Shown: in pieces, positions 18,135 to 26,698 of the stretch
How positions within the stretch are numbered: the stretch's first letter is position 1
Layout: every line of letters begins with the position of its first letter
Notes under the pieces: model-generated
The model's input: the letters and a program-made list of their open reading frames with translations, nothing else
The model's database searches: none
Told to the model about the DNA's origin: nothing
Position numbers and translations under genes: made by a program
Origin: Polyangiaceae bacterium
GTDB lineage: Bacteria > Myxococcota_A > Polyangia > Polyangiales > Polyangiaceae
Direction of reading: 5' to 3'
Assembly (NCBI GenBank): GCA_033763455.1
Contig: JANRKO010000064.1
Location: 1-64,000, forward strand
DNA: 64,000 bases

Positions 18135-19024
18135 GCTTTTCCCTAGAATCCGAATCCTCATCCGCCATGCTTGCGGCGCGCACCGTACCCGAGGGCAAAT
18201 CGAGCCCGAGTGCTTCGGATGCCGAGGCTTCCAATCCGCTCGCTGCCGAGTTCCAATTGAACACCAAGGCGAATTCCAAGATGCAGGCCGAAGACCTGCA
18301 TGCGTATTTCGGCAACACCCATGTGCTGAAGGGCATCACGCTGCCGATCCTAGAAAAGAAGGTCACAGCCATTATCGGCCCTTCAGGTTGCGGAAAATCC
18401 ACCTTTATCCGCTGCTTGAACCGCATGCACGAAGTCGTTCCCAACGCGAAGGCCAAGGGCAAGGTTACACTTGAAGGTTTAGATATTTACGGCCGCGACG
18501 TGGATCCGGTCCGCGTGCGGCGCCGAGTCGGCATGGTCTTCCAAAAGCCCAACCCCTTTCCCACGATGTCGATTCGCGACAACGTCTTGGCGGGCCTGCG
18601 GCTCAATGGCATCCGAGTGAGCGACCCAGATACCCGCGTGGAGCGCGCACTTTGCCAGGTTGCCCTGTGGGATGAAGTGAAAGACCGCCTAGATCGCGCG
18701 GGCACCAGCCTCTCGGGCGGCCAGCAGCAGCGGCTCTGTATCGCAAGGTCCTTGGCCATGGAGCCCGAGGTGATCCTCATGGATGAGCCGTGTTCTGCGC
18801 TGGATCCTATCGCTACAGCACGAGTGGAAGAGCTCATTCACGAGCTCCGCGAGGACTACACCATCGTAATTGTGACCCACAACATGCAGCAGGCCGCCCG
18901 CGTCGCCAACTACACCGCCTTTTTCTATCTCGGAGAAGTTGTCGAGTTCGACAAGACGGATGCTATATTTACCCACCCTAAGCAACGCCGGACGGAAGAC
19001 TACATCACCGGCCGTTTTGGATGA
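18131..19024 (+). CDS. pstB: Phosphate ABC transporter ATP-binding protein
   Basis: [53 protein letters not shown]. Confidence 0.98.
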   Translation: MSFSLESESSSAMLAARTVPEGKSSPSASDAEASNPLAAEFQLNTKANSKMQAEDLHAYFGNTHVLKGITLPILEKKVTAIIGPSGCGKSTFIRCLNRMHEVVPNAKAKGKVTLEGLDIYGRDVDPVRVRRRVGMVFQKPNPFPTMSIRDNVLAGLRLNGIRVSDPDTRVERALCQVALWDEVKDRLDRAGTSLSGGQQQRLCIARSLAMEPEVILMDEPCSALDPIATARVEELIHELREDYTIVIVTHNMQQAARVANYTAFFYLGEVVEFDKTDAIFTHPKQRRTEDYITGRFG

Positions 19025-19037
19025 AAGCCGAGGCTCT

Positions 19038-19730
19038 TTGGACCGTAAGCATACCGACCGCGAATACGACCGAGAGCTGGACACCCTACGCGAGCAGGTG
19101 TTGCTCATGGGCGCGCGTGTTGAAGAAATGATCAATAACGCGCTTGCCGCGTTCGAAACAAGAAACATCGATCTCGCACGTCAAACCATCGCGATGGATC
19201 GGCAAATTGATCTCCTAGAGATTGATATCGATCAGATGTGCATCAAAGTCTTGGCTCGGCGTCAACCAGTGGCCTCGGATCTTCGATTTGTGATGATGAC
19301 GTTCAAACACGTTACAGATCTCGAACGCATTGGAGATCTCGGCGTGAACATTTGTGAGCGCGTTCTAGACCTCGGAGATCGGGTAGTGCTTCGGGAGGCG
19401 GCCGGCTCCGTGGTGCGTATGGGCCATGTTGCGCAGCAGATGCTCCATGATGCCCTTGATGCGTTTGTGGCGGCTGACCCCCATAAAGCGCAAGAAGTGA
19501 TACGGCGCGATCAGCAGGTGGATACCTATTACGCGCAGCTATTTCCCGAGCTAGTTACCGCGATGATGCAAGACCCAAGCTTGGTGGTGAGGGCAACCCA
19601 GTTGCAGTCGATCAGCAAGAACATTGAGCGCATCGCCGATCATGCAACAAACCTCGCCGAGATGGTGGTGTACATGGTGAAGGGGCAAGATGTGCGCCAC
19701 CACGTTGCAGATGCCAACCGCGAAAACTGA
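19038..19730 (+). CDS. phoU: Phosphate signalling protein PhoU
   Basis: QPVASDLR, DLERIGD and IERIADHATN motifs. TTG start at 19038 after GAGG; the TTG at 19017 is an alternative. Confidence 0.95.
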   Translation: MDRKHTDREYDRELDTLREQVLLMGARVEEMINNALAAFETRNIDLARQTIAMDRQIDLLEIDIDQMCIKVLARRQPVASDLRFVMMTFKHVTDLERIGDLGVNICERVLDLGDRVVLREAAGSVVRMGHVAQQMLHDALDAFVAADPHKAQEVIRRDQQVDTYYAQLFPELVTAMMQDPSLVVRATQLQSISKNIERIADHATNLAEMVVYMVKGQDVRHHVADANREN

Positions 19731-19764
19731 TAGCTGAAAGCCCAAAGGTGGCGTGGTTGCAACG

Positions 19765-21657
19765 TCAGCCCGACACATCGGCTTCGGCATCCACTGGCGC
19801 AACCGCTACGGCGATTCTGGTGGAGCTGCCAGTGCGCTCTTCAGGCGCATTTCGTAAGGCCACCGTAAAAGTGGTGCCGACTCCCTCGGTGGACTGGACC
19901 GAAACCGTACCCTTCATCGCCTCCGTCATGTGTTTCACTATGGCGAGGCCCAAGCCCGTTCCCCCGAGTTCGCGAGACCTGCCAGCGTCTACCCGGTAGA
20001 AACGCTCAAATAGGCGCGGCAGGTGCTTACTCGCAATGCCCGGGCCGGAATTCTCAACCATAAGCTTGGTAAAGCCTTCTGATACCTCCACGTGAGTTCG
20101 AATCGTGCCACCAAGGCTCGAATATTTGACAGCGTTGTCGATTAGGTTGGTGAGTACGTGTTCAAGCGCGCGCCTATCACCGGTGACCCAATACTTGTTG
20201 GGCTCCACATCCTGATGAATCGTTAAATTCCTCTTTTCAGCGCGCTCCAGGAAGAGCGCGACGGCATGCTCCACCGCCATGGCCAGATCAATCGATTCGA
20301 GGTTGAGCTTAAGCTCGCGCGACTCGATCCGTGAAAGCTCCAACAGATCTTCAACGAGTTGGCCCAGCCGTTCCGCGTTGCGTGCGATGATGGGCAAGAA
20401 ACGCTTGCGGGCTTTGGCATCTTGGTCGGGCGCTCCTTCCAGCGTTTCAGTCGCGGAAAGAATCGCGGCCACTGGTGTTCGTAGCTCGTGCGAAACGTTC
20501 GCCACGAAATCGCGCCGCAAAGATTCCAAGCGGCGCATCTCCGTGACGTCGACAAAAACGGCGAAAACACCCCCTTCTTCGGTGCGCAGCCGCGCGGCCC
20601 GTGCCAGCAAAACTCTCGGCTTTAGCCCACCCACCTCAAGCACGGTGGAGACGGCTTCCGTCGCTGTTCCAGCTCGATCTAGAAGCTCCTTGAGCTCCGT
20701 GTGGCGGAGCACCTCCAACACCATTTTTCCTATCGCATCTTGCCCGAGGAGCAGCATTTCTCGGAGCGCAGGGTTGGTGAGAGTAACATATCCGTTCACG
20801 TCCAGCACCAGCACGCCCTCTTGCATCCCCCGCAAGATGGCACCCAACCGATCACGCTCTTCGCTCAGCTGCTCCACCGTACTCGAGAGCCCCTGCGCGA
20901 GCTGATCGAGTGCAAGGCTCAATTGGGCAAATTCATCGGTGCCCGACATGCGAATGCGGACGTCCAGATCCCCGCGTGCCATTCGCCCGGCCGCTTCAAC
21001 GAGCGTGCGAATCCCGCGAGACGCAAGCTGAGCAGCCAAGGAAGACAACAGCACCGCCAGCATCAACGCCAACGCAGTCGCAAAGCCCAGCGCGCGTCGC
21101 AGATCAGAGATCGCGGCCTCCACCTCACGCAGGGGCGTCGACACTCTGACCACACCTGTAAACGGAGTTGCCTGCCCGTTGCCCTTCTGAGCAACCGAAG
21201 GAAAATTCCCCCGAGCGTCAGAGCCTACTCGCACGGCCACGTACGCCATCGGTTCCCTGACCGTGGCAGAGAGTCGCTCGGCGTGGCCCTGCCCTGTCTG
21301 CATTGCGTCTAGAACTTCGGGGCGCTGTGCGTGATTCTCCACCTGGGAGAGCGCGCTCCGTGCCACGTCTGAGTCCCCCACCACCACGCCATCGCGCCGA
21401 ATCAAGGTGACGCGCACCGAGCCCATTTTTCCGATGCTATCTGCCAGCGCGTCCCACGAATTCAGGTCGTCAGGTGCGAGCCTTACCGAACGAACTTGGT
21501 CCGCCACGATCTCGGCATGGGTTACTAAGCTTTTCTGAATGCGCGCCGACACCCCACTTTCCAGCTGGGTGCGCATAAAAATGTAAGCTACCCCGATGCA
21601 CGCCGCGATCAAACTCAGAAAAACGGTAAAGAGTTTGCCGCGGATGCCAAGCTTCAA
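19765..21657 (-). CDS. phoR: PhoR-type sensor histidine kinase (HAMP, PAS, HisKA, HATPase)
   Basis: DFVANVSHELRTP, NLIDNAVKY, FERFYRVDAGRSRELGGTGLGLAIVKH; two TM helices; start overlaps the phoB stop. Confidence 0.92.
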   Translation of the reverse strand: MKLGIRGKLFTVFLSLIAACIGVAYIFMRTQLESGVSARIQKSLVTHAEIVADQVRSVRLAPDDLNSWDALADSIGKMGSVRVTLIRRDGVVVGDSDVARSALSQVENHAQRPEVLDAMQTGQGHAERLSATVREPMAYVAVRVGSDARGNFPSVAQKGNGQATPFTGVVRVSTPLREVEAAISDLRRALGFATALALMLAVLLSSLAAQLASRGIRTLVEAAGRMARGDLDVRIRMSGTDEFAQLSLALDQLAQGLSSTVEQLSEERDRLGAILRGMQEGVLVLDVNGYVTLTNPALREMLLLGQDAIGKMVLEVLRHTELKELLDRAGTATEAVSTVLEVGGLKPRVLLARAARLRTEEGGVFAVFVDVTEMRRLESLRRDFVANVSHELRTPVAAILSATETLEGAPDQDAKARKRFLPIIARNAERLGQLVEDLLELSRIESRELKLNLESIDLAMAVEHAVALFLERAEKRNLTIHQDVEPNKYWVTGDRRALEHVLTNLIDNAVKYSSLGGTIRTHVEVSEGFTKLMVENSGPGIASKHLPRLFERFYRVDAGRSRELGGTGLGLAIVKHMTEAMKGTVSVQSTEGVGTTFTVALRNAPEERTGSSTRIAVAVAPVDAEADVSG

Positions 21658-22358
21658 GGCACGGCCTCTTCAGGCGAAGCAACAAAGCGGTATCCAACGC
21701 CACGCACGGTCTCAACGTAGATCCGAGCGGCTTCTAGCTTCTCGCGCAGCCGCTTGACGTGGGTATCCACCGTGCGAGTGGTGATGTCAGCCTGGATGCC
21801 CCACACGTCGTCGAGCAGTGTGGTCCGTGTTTGGACGCGGTTTTTCCGGTCAAATAACGTCAGCAGGAGCTTAAATTCTAACGCTGTAAGCTCCACCTCA
21901 AGGGATTCCACCCACACCCGGTGCGCTTCTCGATCGATCTTCAAGCAACCGAACTGCACCTCGTCTTTATCTCGCTCAGCTTGTGGCCCGGTTGATCGGC
22001 GCAATACCGCGCTCACGCGGAGCAGAAGCTCACGCACACTGAACGGTTTTACGACGTAATCATCGGCACCTAGTTCAAAGCCCACCACACGATCAATCTC
22101 CTCGCCGCGCGCCGTAAGCATCATGATCGGGATCCCGCGAGTTCGCTGGTTCTCCTTCAAGATCTTGCACACCTCAGTACCGGAGATATCCGGCAGCATC
22201 AAATCTAGAAGCACAAGATTAGGCTCGGCTTTCTGAACTAGGCTGAGCGCTTCATTGCCCGTTCCAGCTGTTCGCACCTCGTAGCCAGATTGGCTCAAGT
22301 TGTATTCGAGAACCTCGCGCAGGTCCGGCTCGTCTTCGACTACAAGAATGCTCACCAT
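21654..22358 (-). CDS. phoB: OmpR/PhoB family response regulator (second copy, paired with phoR)
   Basis: Same motifs as the 14348 copy, with long identical blocks (LDLMLPDISGTEVC, ARGEEIDRVVGFELG). Confidence 0.9.
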   Translation of the reverse strand: MVSILVVEDEPDLREVLEYNLSQSGYEVRTAGTGNEALSLVQKAEPNLVLLDLMLPDISGTEVCKILKENQRTRGIPIMMLTARGEEIDRVVGFELGADDYVVKPFSVRELLLRVSAVLRRSTGPQAERDKDEVQFGCLKIDREAHRVWVESLEVELTALEFKLLLTLFDRKNRVQTRTTLLDDVWGIQADITTRTVDTHVKRLREKLEAARIYVETVRGVGYRFVASPEEAVP

Positions 22359-22382
22359 TTCTTTGATCAGGTAGCCTTAACC

Positions 22383-22400
22383 TGTGACAGCGAAGTGACA
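22383..22400 (-). promoter_or_regulatory. Putative Pho box upstream of phoB-phoR
   Basis: Minus strand TGTCACttcgcTGTCACa, 11-bp pitch, about 25 bp before the ATG at 22358. Confidence 0.78.
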
Positions 22401-22596
22401 ACCGGTCCTTTCAAACGTCCTTTTTTTAAGCCAAATCACATTTGCCGCGCCCACGCGCCTGACGCTCAACTCCTTGCCCACTGCCGGCCCACCAAAAACC
22501 CAAACCAATTCAGATAGTTACCGTCGAACCGCAGCCCTGTTACCCTTGACACGGCCATCGTTTCAGCGACTTATTCCAGCCAAAGGACGTCCCCCT

Positions 22597-23439
22597 ATGA
22601 AACGCCAACTCCTCGCTATCCTCGTATCACTTTGGGCCCTCAGCGGCTGCGGCTATTCAGAAGATGAATGGCAAGCACAGCTCGCCAAATACGGTCAGTT
22701 AAACGGACAATACCAAGCGGAACAGAAATCCCACAGAGAAGCCCAAGCCGAGCTCGATAAGGCGAAGGAACGTGTAGCCCAACTGCAGCAGCAGCTTGAA
22801 AAAATGGGCGTGAATCTAGATACGCTCAACACCCAGCTTCAGCAAGCCGGCAGCGAGAAGCAAGAGCTTGCTTCGAGCTTGGATCAACTAAAGCAAGCGC
22901 TGGAGGAATACAAAAAGCGAGCGGCTCAGCTTGAGCAAGTGAAGGCGCGCTTCGAGGCACTGCGGAGCAAGCTGCAGAAGCTGGTCAATTTGGGGCTGAA
23001 GGTTGAAATCCGGAAGAACCGCATGGTCATTCGCCTCCCGGGCGACGTGCTATTTGCTTCGGGTCAAGACAAGCTCCGCGACGACGGCATCAAGGTTCTG
23101 GATGCCGTCGCCGACGTGATTCGCAACGATCAGCAATTGAGCAAGCGCTACTTCCAGGTTGCCGGCCACACGGACAACAAGGCACTCAAGGGCGGACACT
23201 TCAAGGACAATTGGGGCCTATCCGTGATGCGCGCACGCGAAGTGCTCGTACACTTGGTGAGCACCGTGGAAGAGAAGGGTGGCGGCCTGAGCCCCGAGCG
23301 GCTCCACGCTGCTGGCTTTGGCGAAACTGATCCGGTTGCACCGAACACCACCGATGATGGTCGAAAACAGAACCGCCGGGTGGAGCTTGTGCTCATGCCT
23401 GACGTCGAAGAAATGCTGGATCTGAAGTCCCTGATCTAG
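22597..23439 (+). CDS. OmpA/MotB C-terminal-domain lipoprotein with coiled coil
   Basis: MKRQLL...LSG-C lipobox; heptad-rich segment; GHTDN, DNWGLSVMRA and NRRVE peptidoglycan-binding motifs; AAGGA RBS. Confidence 0.85.
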   Translation: MKRQLLAILVSLWALSGCGYSEDEWQAQLAKYGQLNGQYQAEQKSHREAQAELDKAKERVAQLQQQLEKMGVNLDTLNTQLQQAGSEKQELASSLDQLKQALEEYKKRAAQLEQVKARFEALRSKLQKLVNLGLKVEIRKNRMVIRLPGDVLFASGQDKLRDDGIKVLDAVADVIRNDQQLSKRYFQVAGHTDNKALKGGHFKDNWGLSVMRAREVLVHLVSTVEEKGGGLSPERLHAAGFGETDPVAPNTTDDGRKQNRRVELVLMPDVEEMLDLKSLI

Positions 23440-24125
23440 GGCCGCGCCGCGGCAGCACCGGCAGCACCGAGCACCTCTGATGGATTGGTGCTGCCGTCAT
23501 CTGGCCTGCGTTGGCTAATCTTCCACCCAGCGCCCTCTCGAACTACTTTAACGAGAGTGCGAGCGGGTTCCGCGCCCCGCGTGTACACACGCACGAGGGC
23601 CTCTTGCCCAGCTGCTTCAAGTAGATCCGCGGTTGTTACTACGCTCGCCTTCAAGGCCTGTGCTTCTGCCGCACACGCGGCCCCCCGGGCCAAACACGCT
23701 TTTTCTTCCGCCTCGATCTGCCGAAGCACGGCCCCCGTGGCAACCTGAGCGGCTCCGCGGAAATCATGCGTAGCCCAGCGTTGCACCGCTTCGATGGCAG
23801 CATTCTTCGGATCAGCTGTGAGCTCTGCGAGCGTCACCGCGCGCGCACGGCGACTCTCGTGGGGCGGATGATAGTTGCAGGCGGCGCGAGCAGCACCCCA
23901 CATGATCAAGGTTGCCACGCAGACCGTTCCGAGCATCAAGAGCGTTTGGGGTTCGGGCCTATTGAGCTCCGCTTCCGTCCGAGGCAGCTCAGCACGGCGC
24001 TTCTTTGCCTTACCTGCCGTCACTGGCCGTGAAGGCTTCTCGGGCTGCGCTGGCGCGCTGGGGCTGCTGGCCGAGGCGTCGGGGGTTGAACTCTTGCTCT
24101 CTTCTTCGGCAGAGGGGTCAGCCAT
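23436..24125 (-). CDS. Hypothetical single-pass membrane protein
   Basis: Low-complexity N-terminus, one hydrophobic helix, Ala-rich C-terminal domain; fills the gap and overlaps the convergent stop at CTAG. Confidence 0.6.
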   Translation of the reverse strand: MADPSAEEESKSSTPDASASSPSAPAQPEKPSRPVTAGKAKKRRAELPRTEAELNRPEPQTLLMLGTVCVATLIMWGAARAACNYHPPHESRRARAVTLAELTADPKNAAIEAVQRWATHDFRGAAQVATGAVLRQIEAEEKACLARGAACAAEAQALKASVVTTADLLEAAGQEALVRVYTRGAEPARTLVKVVREGAGWKISQRRPDDGSTNPSEVLGAAGAAAARP

Positions 24126-24300
24126 GGGCGCGGAACATTGCCAGACCCGGGCCAGCTTTCAAGCCCAGCACCGGATTTCTTCGCTACGCCACACGGGCGG
24201 CCTCGTTCAGCTCGTAAAACCGGCCAAGTCGTCGCCAACACACCCTCAACCCTAAGAGACATTGGGTGGGCATGGAACCTGACGCTACACTGCCTGCGAA

Positions 24301-25005
24301 GTGATAGGGAACCACCAGCCGAGCTCCGCACCCTTTGAGGGCCTGCTCGCGCCTTCGCCAAGAAGCACCCACTGGCTAACGCCTGGGCGTCCGTATGCTC
24401 GGCTGCTCGCACAAGCCTGGACCGTGAAATTCGCGCGCGTCGTTGTCTACCTAATGGGCATATCCGCGCTGATTACACTCTTGGTGGTCCACCAATTGGA
24501 TCCACTCCTCACCTCAGCCATCTTCGTGCAAAGCCTGGTGTGGCTCAGCTGGGGGCAAATTCTGCTTGCCTTCTCGTGTTCGGGGGCGCCCGCGCGCCTC
24601 GCTGATATCGACGGCATTCGGACGCTGTGGCACCTCCGCGGTTTGCCCGCCAACGCCAGCCCCTCTGCAGTCTTCGTGGGTTATTTCCAATTGCTGCTTT
24701 GGCCCTTGTTGGCGCTCGGCGGAGGCCTCGCTTTAGCTCACGCTGCGCTTTCAGATAGCCTTCACCAGTTCTCGCTTAGAGTCATTCAGGTGCCGTTCAC
24801 CCTGGCTTACTTCACGCTACTCGGAGCGGTACTCGCACGTCTCTGCCAGTTGGCTCAGGTACGGGGCGGGAGGCACGGGCGCTTGCTATTTCTGGGAGGC
24901 ATTCTGCTGCCATATTTAGCTTCGCTTTTTTGGCCACATTTCCCCAGCGTTCCCAGCGTCTTCGGTTGGCTGCTCGATACTGAGCTATTGCGAGCGGGCG
25001 CCTAA
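24301..25005 (+). CDS. Multi-pass membrane protein, ABC-2 permease-like
   Basis: About 5-6 hydrophobic segments; stop 3 bp before the ABC-like gene. Start uncertain. Confidence 0.55.
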   Translation: MIGNHQPSSAPFEGLLAPSPRSTHWLTPGRPYARLLAQAWTVKFARVVVYLMGISALITLLVVHQLDPLLTSAIFVQSLVWLSWGQILLAFSCSGAPARLADIDGIRTLWHLRGLPANASPSAVFVGYFQLLLWPLLALGGGLALAHAALSDSLHQFSLRVIQVPFTLAYFTLLGAVLARLCQLAQVRGGRHGRLLFLGGILLPYLASLFWPHFPSVPSVFGWLLDTELLRAGA

Positions 25006-25008
25006 AGC

Positions 25009-25908
25009 GTGGCATCCTTCGAACTTTCCGGAGTCACCGCGCGCGGCATTTCGGGCGTAAGTCTAAAGGGGCAGGCCGGGTGCTTCTCGGTGGTTTACGC
25101 CTCGGAACGGAGCGGCGAAATGCTGATTCGCTTATTGGCAGGGCTCACTTGCCCCACTCGGGGCTCCCTGCGCATTCTGGGCAAGGCCCCGCATCAATCA
25201 CCCGCCCTTCGGCGACACCTTGGCACGCTCGTGGCACACGAGGAAACACTACCGGGCGCGACGCTGAGCTTAGCTTTAAAGCAAATACTTGCGGCGCAGG
25301 GCAACGAACACACACGCGTTGCAAGTATCCTTTCGGCAGCCCACCTCAGTGAATCGAGAGAGCTTGCTCCCGAAAGCCTGAGCCAGGAAGAGCGGCGGAG
25401 GCTCGCCCTGCAGATAGCGCTCAACACTCCCGCGCCCAAGCTGCTGGCTCTCTTCGAGCCATTAATGTTTTACGATGCCGCATTTCGCGGGCAAGTCTTG
25501 GCCAACATTCATGCACTTGCACGCGATGTGCCGGTCGTGTGCGTTACCTCAAGCCTTACGGATGCGAACACTATCGGGGGCGCGGTGTTCTATCTGGACG
25601 CGCAAGGGGTGCTGAGCGGTGGCCTCTCAGCGGACGAATCACGGCGTTTTCAAGTCAATCCCTCGGTGCTGCTCGAATGTGGACGCCCGGAAGTCTTGGC
25701 CAAGGCTCTTTCCGGCAGGCCGGGCGTGAATGAGGTTCGTTGGTTGGAGCAGCAAGGGGAAGGCTTGGTGGAGGTTTTTGGGGAGGATACGTTGGCACTC
25801 GCTAGTGCTGTAGCTGGGGCCGCGGCTGATGCGGCCCATGACATAAAGAGCCTCCGCTTTACGTCCGGTACTTCACGCCTTCGGTCAAGCGAGGTTCACC
25901 GGCCATGA
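25009..25908 (+). CDS. ABC ATP-binding-fold protein with degenerate catalytic motifs
   Basis: ABC framework (LLAGL..PTRGSLRILG, LSQEERRRLAL..AL, LLALFEP, VVCVTSSL) but no Walker A GKT, no LSGGQ, no Walker B Asp and no H-loop His. Confidence 0.7.
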   Translation: MASFELSGVTARGISGVSLKGQAGCFSVVYASERSGEMLIRLLAGLTCPTRGSLRILGKAPHQSPALRRHLGTLVAHEETLPGATLSLALKQILAAQGNEHTRVASILSAAHLSESRELAPESLSQEERRRLALQIALNTPAPKLLALFEPLMFYDAAFRGQVLANIHALARDVPVVCVTSSLTDANTIGGAVFYLDAQGVLSGGLSADESRRFQVNPSVLLECGRPEVLAKALSGRPGVNEVRWLEQQGEGLVEVFGEDTLALASAVAGAAADAAHDIKSLRFTSGTSRLRSSEVHRP

Positions 25909-26591
25909 ATTCCTACCTATTGGGGGCCCGGCTAGCGCAAGCTCCACTCCGCTCCTACCGCGTCGGAGCGTACGTGGGAGTGATGCTCACGCTCCTTTCA
26001 ACGGTGAGTATGCTCGAGCGCGGCAGGAGCCCAGCTGCAAGCTTCGATCATGTCTTGTTCCGTTTCGTGCTCACTTGGGCTTTGCCGCTCACAAGCTTCT
26101 TTGCCGTTTCTGACGTCTGTTACAAGAGCCGCTTGGGGCAAGGGTTCAACCCAATCGGCCGCTACGGCCACTCTAAACGTGAACTTACGCTTGGCTCCCT
26201 CTGCACGGCGGGGGCATTTTCGGTGGCGGTAAACCTGCTCTTTGTATGGGTCGCTCTTGGCCTAACCCAGCAGAGCTTCAACCGCACAGTGCTGGTGGAC
26301 GGACTCACAACAAGCTGGGTGGTGAGCCTCGGCGCGCTCACCTACGTGGTCTGGTTTGCCTTTTGGTCTACTTTGGGGGAACACGGCGGCGGTAGGATCT
26401 TTGGGCTCCTACTCGATTGGGGTTTAGGCCTCGGGGGAAGCTTGGCCAGTTGGTTCTCACCGCAAGCACATCTTAGAAATCTACTGGGAGGTCCAGCGCC
26501 AGGCGGATTGCTGCAGTCTTATTCAACTATTTCGCTCGCGGGTATCTTGGTGTTGTGCCTAGCACTCGCGCTCCGCCGTACCGATCCTTAG
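25905..26591 (+). CDS. Multi-pass membrane protein, ABC-2 permease-like
   Basis: About 6 TM segments; ATGA overlap with the upstream gene. Confidence 0.6.
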   Translation: MNSYLLGARLAQAPLRSYRVGAYVGVMLTLLSTVSMLERGRSPAASFDHVLFRFVLTWALPLTSFFAVSDVCYKSRLGQGFNPIGRYGHSKRELTLGSLCTAGAFSVAVNLLFVWVALGLTQQSFNRTVLVDGLTTSWVVSLGALTYVVWFAFWSTLGEHGGGRIFGLLLDWGLGLGGSLASWFSPQAHLRNLLGGPAPGGLLQSYSTISLAGILVLCLALALRRTDP

Positions 26592-26698
26592 CTTCGAGCT
26601 GGAAATGTGACCCGGGGCGGCCTAACCTGCGATCCCACGCCGCAAAAGCCTACCACAACGGTCCTCCCTTCCGAAGTACACCCCCCCACCCTCGTACC

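Noticed and set aside
22546..22575. TTGACA promoter for the OmpA/MotB lipoprotein gene
   Set aside because: Perfect -35 but no convincing -10 at 16-18 bp spacing.
24272..24304. Ten-codon ORF MEPDATLPAK overlapping the GTG at 24301 (leader peptide or frameshift)
   Set aside because: Too short, with no slippery site or attenuator visible; it cannot be told from chance.
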